Shown one piece after another: positions 28,412 to 40,621 of a stretch of 64,000 bases of DNA. The notes under the pieces were generated by a model. That model was given only the letters and a program-made list of their open reading frames with translations. It did not search any database and was not told the DNA's origin. This DNA comes from Octopus sinensis. Taxonomy: Eukaryota. Position 1 is the first letter of the stretch. Every line of letters begins with the position of its first letter. Made by a program: the position numbers and the translations under genes. The stretch is from positions 11,780,001 to 11,844,000 of the forward strand of contig NC_043018.1 of assembly GCF_006345805.1 (NCBI RefSeq), given 5' to 3'.

Positions 28412-29631
28412 TGAGGGTGGGCTGAAAAGTTCATAGGCTGACTATGAAGGAGTGATGTTAGAGCTGTGAAATCTTGCAGGCATTCATTTCTCCTCTCTTG
28501 TCATTCATAACTGCATTGTTTCTTTCCAAGTAAACTGACATCTGACTATTTAAAAAAAGACTTCAAAAGTAACTAGTAGCAACTTCTCTTGAAAACAGAC
28601 AAAATTTGGTATCATGGTGTTATCAAGTACCTGCAGAAAAAGGGTTTAGCTCCCAATGATATCTATGCAGATATGGTTGCTACGTTGGGGGATAACACAC
28701 CAGTTTTACCAACATAGCTAAAGTGGGCAGTTGAATTTAGGAGGGTAAGGGAGAGTCTTGAAGACAATCCAAATCTGGACATCCTGCAACTGCCACCACC
28801 AAGGAAAACATTGATCATCTTCATCACATACCGATGGATGACAAGCGACTGACTATAAATCAAAAAGCCAATGGTTTTAGCATATCCTGTGAGAGAGTTG
28901 AATATATTCTCCACAATGAACTTGGTATGACAAAGATTTCTGCTCGGTGGGTGTCACATCTTCTGACACGATCAAAAGTGCCCTAGGCTGATCGCATCAC
29001 AGGAAAATCTGACACTGAGGCAGATCCAGCTGGTTTCCTCAAATATTTCCTCAGCCAGGATGAGTGTTGGCTTCATCACTTTCAACTAGAGACAATCCAT
29101 GCACTTCCTCACCTGCTTCAAAGGAGGCCAAGGTAGTTTCATCTGCAGGGAAGGTGATGGCCTCATTTTTTTTAGGACCACCTCCAAAAGGCTCACACCT
29201 TCAATTGAGAGTACTCTATCAACTTGCTGAGGCAGTTGCAAAAAGCCACCAACACCAAACACTGAAGAAAACTGACAAAAGGAGTTTTGCTCCAGCACTC
29301 AAATGCTTGCTTTCAATGGCTAAACAATGGGTGACATTGGCTTTGAACTTGGTTCATCATCCTCCCTATTCTCATTTGTCCCCAACATGAATAAACACTT
29401 GGGCTGGGAACCAGTATCACAGTGATGATGATGATGATGATGCTATGTCTACTGTCAATGACTTTTTTGACTAACAGGATGAAAGCTTCTTCTGGATCCA
29501 AACACTACAAACAACACTGATGGAAGAACTGTGTGAACTGCAATGGGAACTCTGTAGTAAAATAAACCTTATCTGGTCACAATTCATGAGAGTATCTTGG
29601 TCAGCCTATGAACTTCTCAGCCAACCCTACC
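28412..29631 (+). mobile_element. Decayed mariner DNA transposon with TIRs
   Basis: TIRs GAGGGTGGGCTGAAAAGTTCATAGGCTGAC / GTCAGCCTATGAACTTCTCAGCCAACCCT; transposase relics (MTKISARWVSHLL, SAGKVMAS, VHHPPYS) with stops and frameshifts. Confidence 0.88.
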
Positions 29632-30966
29632 TATGTGTATGTGTGTGTGTGTGTGTGTGTGTGGTGATCAGGATTACCAATGCATAAGCTGTTACACAAC
29701 CAACCTCACTTGACAGTCTACATATTGGTCTTTTGAAAGAAACATTTCAGTGAATTCACTAATTAGAACACTTCAAATGTGAGTTATTAAAATTAGTTTT
29801 TGTATTCCTAAAAGCAGACTTCCTATTAAAATTTACATGCTATAGTTGGCAATGTAGGACAGCATATACACATATTCTATGATGACCTACAAACCATAAG
29901 ACTAAATTTAGGACAATATACACACACATTCTATGACAACCCACACATTATAACCTATATTAACAATAATATACACATTTTATTGTGTCTTGGTCTATCA
30001 TTTAATCTACCCAGCCATTGACTTCCATTTTCTATTGGTATTTTTGCATTTTCTGATCTTCTGAACCTAATGGAACACCTTTATCCCTCAAAGTATTTTA
30101 TCGAGTTCTATAAATCAGTGCTTCACTCAATTTTAACCATTGTCCCCTTTTCTTTTACTAAAATTTTTAATGCCCCTTTGCTACATGCAGCACTGGCTCA
30201 CCATTTGTTAATTAATGCAATATCAATCAGTCCAGTGTAAATTCAGTTCTACATACCAGTTTGATGAAGGTGACTACATATCACAGCCAGCACTCGACAG
30301 GGAGCAAAGGTAACATGTTCAGGTTTGTCAACTTATTCACATTTCAAAGTCTATTTTTATGATTGTTGATAAGCACAAATGTTGATGCAGTTGATTTGAC
30401 CATTCCTTAAAATTGCTGGCCTTGTGCCAAAATTAGAATTGAGATTATCGTTGATGTGTGGATTATCATATTACATTAAAATTTCTTCTTAGATTTAATA
30501 TTTTAATACCAAAGATTAAGAAGAAAAAAAATCACTTTGCATTTACCACCTGCCACTCACTTTCTCCTCAGAACCCATATAAAATTTTCCCTTCCTAGGT
30601 GGCAGGACTCACCCTGTATCAACTGCACCAAAATCCACTCTGAGCCAACAAGTGAGTTTCAACATTGTCACTCTAGAATTGCTAGAAATAGCAACCAAAT
30701 TTCCCTCCAAATGAAACCCAACATTTTAAAATATGAAGGAAATATCGGATAATGCAGTCTCGAGATATACAAAACAAGCAGCACGACATCGTGAAGTATA
30801 TTTGCCATCTAAATGTGGCTGACCCGTATGGGACGATGCTACAGTAGTTTATAGTGCTGCTACTGTTTACATCTTGCTCAGAGATTTATTGTTTCTCTTT
30901 ATTTGAGATCAGCGACAGCTTGTCACTGGAAAAAGCATGAAGCATTTTGCATTTGGAATAACTTCT

Positions 30967-31053
30967 CATCCTTAGCCTGTGATTGTCACACACTGATGAC
31001 AGGTTACCAATCAGAAACCCAGGTCCATGTGTATCACATAAGGCTAGAGATGG
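30967..31053 (+). ncRNA. Degenerate type I hammerhead ribozyme motif
   Basis: CTGATGA 30993-30999, GAAA 31014-31017, stem III ACC-CA-GGT, GTC triplet; long stem I (TAGCCT/AGGCTA, GTGAT/ATCAC, CACA/TGTG); stem II closing pair mutated. Confidence 0.5.
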
Positions 31054-31109
31054 GAACAATGATTTCCCTTCTGGGCACAGACAATGTGTTGTTAGCCAGC
31101 TAGAGATGT

Positions 31110-31868
31110 CTTCCTGGGGCATAGATGATGGTACACTTGCATTTAATGAAGCTGAAAAGAAAGACACTTGGAGACACTACTATGAAAGGTTGTTAAATGT
31201 GGAGAAGGAATGGGACAAGGAAAGTCTGCCAAATATTGACCCAACTGAGGGACCAGCTATCTGAATCAAAAGTACCTTGGTAAATAAAGCAATTAAGGGT
31301 ATGAAGACAGGGAAAGCCTCTGGTCCATCAGGAATCACTGCTGAGATGCTAAAAATATCTGGAGGTGTAGGCTATGGTCTAGTCACCCATATAGTTAACC
31401 AGGTGATACATGAAGGTACCATACCCAATGACTGGTGTAGCAGTACCATAGTTAAATGCTACAAAGGTGAAGGTGACGCCTTAGATAGAAATATTTATAC
31501 AGGTATCAAATTGTTGGATCAGGTAGTGAAAGTTATGGAGAAAGTCATAGCCCAACTAATTAAGGAGAGAGTTAATTTAGATGAGATGCAGTTCTGGTAA
31601 GACAGTTGCAGGAGAAATAGCTGGCCAAAAATAAACCTTTGTACTTGTCTTTTGCTGACTTGGAGAAAGCCTTTAACAGGGTTCCTCAATCCCTTTTCTG
31701 GTAGTCAATGCAGAAACTAGGGATAGACAAGTGGTTGGTGAGAGCTGTACAAGCCATGTACAGGGATGCTGTCAGTAAGGTGAGGGTTGGCAACGAGTAT
31801 AGTGAAGAATTCAGGTTACAAGTAGGGGTTCATCAAGGATCAGTCCTCAACCCCCTCTTGTTCATAGA
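31110..31868 (+). mobile_element. RTE LINE internal fragment (pre-RT/RT)
   Basis: WRHYYERLLNVE, KTGKASGPSGITAEMLK, GVHQGSVLNPLLF. Confidence 0.9.
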
Positions 31869-32634
31869 GACAGATTTTTTCAAAATGTTAGGGTTACGAA
31901 AGAATTGCTTTTAGAGAGTAGAATGGCACTAATTTCACAATTGTGTATAAACTGTAATAAATATCCAAGCACTTTCAGTTCTCAAAATTATAAAGCATGT
32001 TTTATGGTAGAAGCTATAGATGGAGAGAGAGATAAACAGACAAAGAAATAGATAGGTAGAGAGAGGGAGGAGGAGGAGGAGGAGGGATTTCCTTTCAATT
32101 TGGAATGTTTTTTACCATTTATTTATTTAGTTAGTTTTTTTTTTACTATTGTATAGCTATTAGCATGATTTCAAGGATGACCTCTTTTAGGATGGGGAAA
32201 ATAATGAAAAAAAGATGGGGTACAGTCATCACTAAAAGCAATTTTTTTCCTTAAGGTGCCAAACAAAAAATAAAACAAAAATGATAGTTTTCAGTATGCT
32301 GGTCAGTATGTTGGCCACAGGAATTTCTGTCAAAGCCACATAGTTTAACAAAGTTGTACATCATTACCTTCTTTCTCTCTCATTATTACTCCCACCGCCA
32401 CCATCAACACTACTACTTTTAATAAAACATCATCAACTCTCCCTAAATTTCATTGTCTCTCTTTCTCTCCCTCTCTTTTTCTTTCCCTCTCTCTCTTTCT
32501 TCTCCACTGTTCTCACTGTCTCTATGCCTACTATTACTCTCACTTCATCATGAGGAATAGTAGGAGTGTCATTGAATAGTGAGAGAGGGGATGAAAGTGT
32601 GACACACTGACACACAGAAATTAGTTTCCGCATT

Positions 32635-32715
<81 letters not shown>

Positions 32716-33049
32716 ATGTTTGTGAGTGTGTGTGTGTGTATACACACACACACATACATATACGTATGTTTGTATGAACACACACACACACACACAGAGG
32801 AGTGATTCGGGCTCACCAAAATTTCAAATCCAGCATCATCAAGGCTAGGACAAGGACCTACCATGGTGCAGATGTGAACAGTGATCACACAATTTGGTCT
32901 TGATAACACTGAAGCTCAAACTGAAATGGACCCATAAGAAATGAGCCACACGAACGTATATGTGTGCGTAGACATGTATGCTAAAAGATGGGAAACCCCC
33001 AGGAGTGGATAACATCCCAAAACATTGAAGGCCAAAGCTTATCAAGGAA

Positions 33050-33700
33050 CTAACAGTCTCCATAAGATGGCAACCCATTTCGAACCAGAGGTTTGCTGAT
33101 ATTGACCTGTTAGGAATCAGTGAAACAGAACAAGAAAAAGTAAGAGGAGCATATGAAATGTAGAGAGCCGAGGCAAGAGTAAGATCCTGGTTAATAGTAA
33201 GAGTCAGAACACAGCAAGCAACATGATGCTGAACAGAGAGAGAGAGAGAGACTTGATGAAGAGGACACCTTCAAATACCTTGGATCCACTTTGACCAAAC
33301 ATGGCAGATCTCAAAAAAAGTTAACAAGACTCACTTTGCTCTCTGCTGAGCATGGCAAAACTGAACACCACATGGAATAGGAACTCCATTAGTTTTCCAA
33401 CTTTGATCCTTCTGAATGGATGTGTGAGCTGGATTCTTACAGCTGACATGGAAGAAAGAATCCAGGCGTTTGAAGACAGGTACTTCAAAAGGCTGCTATA
33501 CATAATGCGCACAAAGCACAAAACAAACAACTTTGTCAGGCAGCCGCAAGTCAAGAAATACGATGGCAAACAAGGTCACTCTTTGTGCAGGTAAAAAAGA
33601 TGAAAGTTTGCCTGGTCCAATCATGTACCTTGCCACAATTCCTTGTCCAAAAGCATCCTTCATGGCACAGGTGAGAGAAGCAGAGAAAATCCTGGTCTAG
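33050..33700 (+). mobile_element. Decayed RTE/BovB-like 3' RT fragment
   Basis: FKYLGS, MAKLNTTW.RNSISFPT, SWILTADMEERIQAFEDRYFKRLL. Confidence 0.7.
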
Positions 33701-33830
33701 CAACAGGTACTGGGCAGGTCTGTGACTCCTGCTACACTTGACTGAACAGAAACTAGAAGGGGAGACTGACTATGAAAGCATCTAGAGTGGCACCCCAACA
33801 ACTGGCAATGTAAGTTAAGGGTACTTGATT

Positions 33831-33862
<32 letters not shown>

Positions 33863-34233
33863 CACTGAATCTGTGAATTAAAATAAATGGTGTATAATGC
33901 AAAAAATTTAATACAAAAATCAGGGTCGAATTTGTGGGAAGGAGGAGTAGCATTATACTCAAATGTTAAAAAAAAAAAAAAAGAAATAATAAAAATGCAT
34001 CACTGACTTTCCAGTACAAAACATAAGAATTGCATGATATTATTTGAGATCACACTGTACTTGAATAAATATGGTATCAGCTGTGCAACCAATCACCTAT
34101 GCGTCATAAGTTTGTTCAGATCTAATTGAAGTTGCACCACCACTAACAAAGGTTCATCCAACCATGAAGCATGCTTACTTCGCAAACCAGATTAACCAGA
34201 AGAAGATTAGTATCTTTAACTCTTTTTGAATTC

Positions 34234-34290
<57 letters not shown>

Positions 34291-35033
34291 AAGTATGTGT
34301 GCGTGTGTGGCTTCTTGCTTGAAATCATGTAATGATTATAAACAAGTGTCACATCATACATGCAGTGTCCATTTCCAATCTTTTGTGGAAGCATGTTTGA
34401 CCATGGAGAAATATATATATTGCTTGGAAAGAGGTGAGGGCTCATGACAAGAAGGGTAACAGGACATAGCAAACCTGCCACAGTGAATCAATGAATTCCA
34501 TCTGACTCATGCAAACATGGAAAAGCATTAAAATGATGATGATGAAATAATAAAAACCATATTTAGAAACAGTGACAAAACTGAAATGCTTATCATTAAC
34601 TGTTGAACACCCATTTTCCATGCTGGAATAGGCTGAACACTGAAAGATCAACAACAGCCACTACCACTGCTACCACCACCATTCTACCAACTGTCCATGT
34701 TGGCATCGGTTGAATAGGTTGTCCTGCCCTGAGTCAGTCCTGATTTGAAACTACTGCTCTCTTAGACAGGCTGGAAAACAATGTCTCATTCATAGATTTC
34801 CTTTGTGGCATGGTTTCTACAGCTGGATGTCCTTCCTAATGCCAACTGTTTTATAAAGTGTACTGGATGCATTTTATCCTGGCCCCAATATTAGAGAGGC
34901 TGTTATTTCTTTGACAAGACTAAAGAGCTCTCTTGACCCTGTGGGGCCTGTTCTATGCAGTGTCATCAAATGACTAAGAGGATCAATGACAGCAGAATCA
35001 GTATGAGTGGGTGGAGTGAGCAAGGTTACAATG

Positions 35034-35336
35034 TTTGTTCCTTCTCAAGCCATGCCTGGCTCATAAGGGCCGGTTTCCTGGTTTCCTTGGCGTAGAGGTT
35101 CCCCACCTGGATGGGACATCAGTCTGTCGCAGGTGAGCTGCAAGATGCAGGAGGAAAGAGTGAGAGAAAGTTGTGGCGAAAGAGTCAGCAGAAGTTTGCC
35201 ATTACCTTCTGCCGGAGCCGCGTGGAGCTTAGGTGTTTCGCTCATAAACACACTCATCGAGCCCGGTCTGAGATTCGAACCCGCGATCCCTCAACCATGA
35301 GTTCGTTGCTCTAACCATTAGGCCATGTGTCTCCAC
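35034..35336 (-). mobile_element. tRNA-derived V-domain SINE (same family as 2661-2974)
   Basis: Reverse complement aligns along its full length. Confidence 0.85.
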
Positions 35337-35583
35337 AAGGTTACAATGGGAAAAACATGATTGGAGCATAAGGGAAGCAGAGAGAGAGAGAATGCTAAGA
35401 GTAATCGAAAGCAGACAGTAATGGCAGCTATGCCTGTTGGTGGGAGAGAGTTGAGCAATAGTAAGAGAGAGTGACGGATGTCTAATAGTGAGGGGAAAAG
35501 TATAGAGAGTGACGGATGTAAGTGTATCAGACAGAAACACATCTGCTAGTGTCCAGGTTAAACAAGCGACATGGTGCAGTGGC

Positions 35584-35629
<46 letters not shown>

Positions 35630-35859
35630 AGTGATGGGCAGATGAATAACAGAGAGCATTGAGATGAGTGACAGAAACAAAGGCAGGGAGCATCAGGGAT
35701 GAATGAGATGTGAAGGGGTCAATAAAGCAGGGAGGGAAGGAGAGACAGATGGAAGCTTGACATTAGGAGAGAGACCCAAATAAGATATGTCAATAAGTTT
35801 TATTCAGCCAGCTCCACACATCACCAATCATCATAGTGTTTTGTTATCTCTTTTGTATC

Positions 35860-36350
35860 AATTCATCCCATGCTTTCCTGCATCCCCCTCTTCTACAGGT
35901 TTCATCTGCTTTGAAAGATTTGCACCTATTTGTACAACTGACATCATCCAAACTCATTATATGCCTGTACAAGCACAGACCTCTCTCATGCCTACTATAA
36001 TAACCCCTTTTATATCCAAGATTTTATCTCAGCTCTCTTGTGCTCTGTCATTTATGCACAAACAACATTACACATACAGTAGAGCATGCTCACTTTATGG
36101 CCACTGCCTCTGTGAGTCCCAATGCTTGAAAGGAACTCAGTCACTTTGCCTCCACGAGGCTCAACTTTTTCACAAAACCACTGCATTCAAAGCCCACGTC
36201 TCACTATGCAGAACTGCAGGACATAACAAGAATCATACAATCCATTTTTCACACGAAGAGAAAACCTTTTGTTGCCAACAATATGATTAGCTCCCTGAAC
36301 TCTCCTATCCACTCCTCTTGCTCTTATAGTCCCACAACAGTCACTTTCAC
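35860..36350 (-). mobile_element. Highly decayed RTE-like 3' fragment
   Basis: Resembles the RTE C-terminal nucleotide pattern seen elsewhere in the window. Confidence 0.4.
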
Positions 36351-37589
36351 TGTTAATTAGGTCTGTTTAATAACAACAGCTGTCAATAATTTCTAGAGAA
36401 TTAAGAGCAGTTTTTTGTTTTGTGTTGGCAAAATATTTCAGCCTTTTTGTTACTATATTTCTAATCAAAATACATCCCTTAATGTGTTTCAATTAAATTC
36501 TAAAATAATCATGAATTTAGATTGGTTTCATATAACATCTCTAATTTTCTTTTTTATTTATCAACATCTGTAATTTTTGGAACACAACTTAACAAAGGGT
36601 TCTTAAATCTACTGCATAATTTTTGTCTCAAAGTGACTCTCATACAAGTAAATATAAAATTATTTCAATGTTGTTTACACATCACCATAGAAAATGGGAC
36701 ATATGATATTCAATTGGGTTTACAGAAAAACTTAAATATAGGTGAATTGTGTACATTAATGAATTATCAGTTGAACTTAAATGCGCATGACAGGTGTAGC
36801 AATAAAAGTAAAAATAGAATGAAATTCTGGAATATATCTTCGACGAAAACTAGAAAGTGAAATACATACACCAAATAAATACACAAAAAATATATATAAT
36901 GACTCACAATACAAATTACTCAAAATTTGTCATTCACTGTGCAGGTAAATTAAAATTACAGGTAGAAAAAATAAAAACAAGGTAAATTTGAAAAAAATAT
37001 ATTTATAAGATCAAATTATATCATCATCATCATTTAACGTCGGTTGTCTATGCTGGCAAGGATTGGATGATTTGACTGGGCTGACAAGATGCACCAGACT
37101 CCAGTCTGATTTGGCAAGGGTTTCTACAGCTTGATGCCCTTCCTAACATCAACCACTCTGAGAGTGTAATTGGGGGGGGGGCTTTTACGTGTCACTGGCA
37201 CAGGTGCAGATTTACATGACAGTGATATTTGCCATGACTGCGATTTTGCTTGGCTTGATGGGTCTTCTCAAGCATGACATAATGCCAATGGCCTTGGTCA
37301 TTGCCTCTGTGAGGCCCAATGCGTGAAAGGAACTCAGCCACTTTGCCTCCATGAGGCTCAACTTTTTTACACTAGGCACAAAGCCTGAAATTTTTTTTTG
37401 TTGGGAGCAGTCAATTAGATCAACCCCAGTATGCAACTGCTACTTAATTTATCGACCCCAGAAAGATGAAAGGCAAAGTTGACCTCAGCGGAATTTGAAC
37501 TCACAATGTAAAGACAGACAAAATACCACCAAACATTTCACCTAGCATGCTAACGTTTCTGCCAGCTCACTGCCTTTCCATGAGGCTCA

Positions 37590-39285
37590 ACACTCGAAAG
37601 GAATTCTGTGAGGCTCAGCATTCAAAAGATGTTCTTTACTTGCCACCAGCACAAGTGCACTTGGCTTCCTCTCAAGCAGAGCACATCGCCAAAGGTCTCA
37701 GTCACCAGTCATTGCCTCTGTGAGGCTCAAATTTCAAAGATCATGCTTCACCACCTCATTCCATGTCTTCCTGGGTTTGCCTCTTCCACAGGTTCCCTCT
37801 ACAGTTAGAGATCAGCACTTCTTTACACAGCTGTCCTTGTCCATATGCATCACACGACCATACCAGCACAGTTGTCTTTCTTACACACCACATTTGATTC
37901 CTCTTATGCCTAATTTTTCTCAAGATGCTTACACTGTCGAACATGCACACTGACATTGCACATCCAGCGAAGCATACTGGCTTCATTTCTTTCAAGCCTA
38001 CACAAGTCCTCGGCTATCATAGCCCATGCTTCACTGCCATGTAGCATAGCTATTTGCACACAGGCATCAAACAATCTGCCTTTCACTCTGACAGTGAGGC
38101 TCTTTGTTGCCAGCAGGAGCTCTCTGAACTTTGCCCAGCCTAATCTTATTCTCACAGCTACACTCTCGGAGCATACACCTCCACTACTAAGTTGGTCACC
38201 TAGATAAAGGAAGCTATCTACTACCTCTAGCTTGTCTCTGCTGACAGTTGATGGACTCTATTTTCTGCACATTTTCAGCATTTATTTTACTTGTGCATCT
38301 TCCACATACAAAAGTTAGTTTCCTTGTTAACCTTCCTTTGATATTGCTGCATCTTTTGCGAGTCCAAAGCTTACACTGGGTGCATCTTATGGAGTATCTA
38401 CCTACACATTTTCTACAGATTGAGCAGGGCCATCTACCTGAAGGGATTTATGATTTGTCTGCTTTCCTACTTATTAAGACTTTGGTTTTTGCTAGGTTAT
38501 CTAAGGTCCTTTGATTCTAGACCTTGCTTCCATACCTGGAACCTCTTCTATAGTTCAGGTAGTGATTCAGCTATAAGAGCAAGGTCATCAGCATAGAGGA
38601 TCTCCTAGGCGCAGCCTGTCCTGAATTCCTCTGTTATTGCCTGGAGGACTATAATGAACAAAAGGGGGCTGAGCACCGATCCTTTGTGGACACCTACTCG
38701 TACCCTGAATTCTTTGCTGTACTCATTGCCCACCCTCATCTTACTGGTAGCATCCCCTATACAAGGCTTGAACAGCTCTCATCAACTACTCATCTATCCT
38801 CACTTTCCACATTAACCACCAGATAAGGGATCAGGGGACCCTGTCAAAACCTTTCTTCGAGTCAACAAAAGCCAAGTACAGAGGTTTATCTTTGGCTAGG
38901 TATTCCTCTTGCAGTTGCTTTATAAGAAAAATAGCATTGGTGGTGCTTCTACCTGGCACAAAACCAAACTGCATTTCATCTGGACTAACTCTCTCCCTAA
39001 TTAGTTGGGCTATGATTCTCTCCATGATTTTCATCACCTGATCCAACAACTTAATACCTCTGTAATTATTTCTGTCCAAGGCATCACTTTTACCTTTGTA
39101 GCAGTTGACTATGGTGCTACTACACCAGTCACTGTATGACCTGATCTACAATACAGCTAACTAGACTATAACCCACACCACCAGATATCTTAAGCACCTC
39201 AGCAGTGATTCCTGATGGGTCGGGGGGCGTTTCCTGTCTTCATATCCTTAATTGCTTTATCTGCCAGGGTACTGTTGATTCTATA
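37590..39285 (-). mobile_element. Older, 5'-truncated RTE LINE of the same PHD-bearing family
   Basis: NNYRGIKLLDQVMK, QFGFVPGRSTT, WPCSICRKCVG..CTQCKLW, RIRLGWAKFREL. Confidence 0.9.
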
Positions 39286-39299
39286 CTACCTATGAACCT

Positions 39300-40358
39300 G
39301 TTGAAATCGAAGTTCACAAATGAAGTGCTATTTCCCTCCATGTGGTTCTGCACAAGGAGATAGAAAGTTAATTTGCCTCTTGTCACTGAATGGGTTTGCT
39401 AGCAAATTTCTGCTGCTGGATTACTTCATTGCTTATCTTTAATTTTCCTTTCTTTTGTTATCCAACAAAATTCCTTGCATACTTGTAACCACTGTAGTAC
39501 ATGGATATACGTTGCCACGGCTTCTAAATCCACCACAAATTTGCCCCCCCCCCCAAAAAAAAATAATATACAACCCTGGATACAGTATGGAAGTGATCAA
39601 AGTTTAGTTCTCTTTATGCTGGTGTCTCATATGTAGGTACTGCATTTATTTTTAAAATTGGGTCCTTGTCATAATACTGAAAACATACTGGTCTCCAAAA
39701 GGTTTGTCACTGCTCCTGTAGTTTGTAATTCTGGCAAGCCTTCTTATCCCCATAATAATATTAATTGCAAAAAATGCTCAGATTTCATCTCATTATTTAT
39801 ATTCTATGTAACAATGTTTCTGCAGTAACTGTTTTGAACCAGCTAAGAAGAAAAAATATAAAAAAAATAATTCAATGGTTTGTCTCCAGGGAAAGATTGT
39901 GATGAGGTCCAGTGTCTTAAAACCATTAAGAAAAACAGGTAGAAATCTATTTTGTTTGTTGCTTCTGGAGTTATTGTCAGAATTGCTAGTATTATTTTCA
40001 GAAATTGAAATACGTGATTCATAATCACATAGATTTTGTGTTCATCATCTAAACCTTATTTTCCCAGGTCTTCTGTTGAAAACCATTCAAATTCTGATTG
40101 ACCACTTGACAACATGAACCTGTATTCATTTGGTGTTGTAGAAACAATTTTGGAAAAAAGTATCCAAATGATGCTGGATCCTGTAACTCAATTGTCTACG
40201 AAGTGAAATAACATGTTTTCATGATTGAGCTAACACGATTAGTGCTGAAATTCTCATTTAAATAAAAATAGGTTATTTCAGGCATGTATGAACTGGCTGG
40301 TAATACAAGCTCTTGAAGTTTTGGGGCATCTATAGGTGGTTAGTAACTAAAGGGTCAA
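39300..40358 (-). mobile_element. Decayed piggyBac transposon fragment
   Basis: Minus-strand translation EI*AFFAINIIMGIRRLARITNYRSSDKPFGDQYVFSIMTRTQF*K*MQYLH (PGBD-type); terminus TTGACCCTTTAG near 40358. Confidence 0.7.
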
Positions 40359-40488
40359 TAATCCAGAGGTTGTCTATCATCTGTGCCAATCTTTTGGAGT
40401 TAAAATAACAATAAGAAAAAGTAGAAGGAGAAGAAAACATAAGAAAAAAATGATGGTAGGGAAAGAAATGAATTTAGAAAATTCTTAC

Positions 40489-40621
40489 CCTGTCCAGAGA
40501 AAGTTTCCAATAATTTATCACTAACTGGTTTACCATGCTGAGCAAAAGCAGTCAGTGCTAGAGCTTTATAAATCCCACTTCGAGATAAAAATCCTGTTTT
40601 TATATCAACAGCATCCCAAAT
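40489..40621 (-). CDS. SNX8: Sorting nexin-8 exon 3 (IWDAVDIKTGFLSRSGIYKALALTAFAQHGKPVSDKLLETFSGQ)
   Basis: TTAG acceptor, GTAAG donor, 133 nt open in phase; IW..VD...G.L....Y.AL pattern like an EH/EF-hand domain. Confidence 0.88.
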
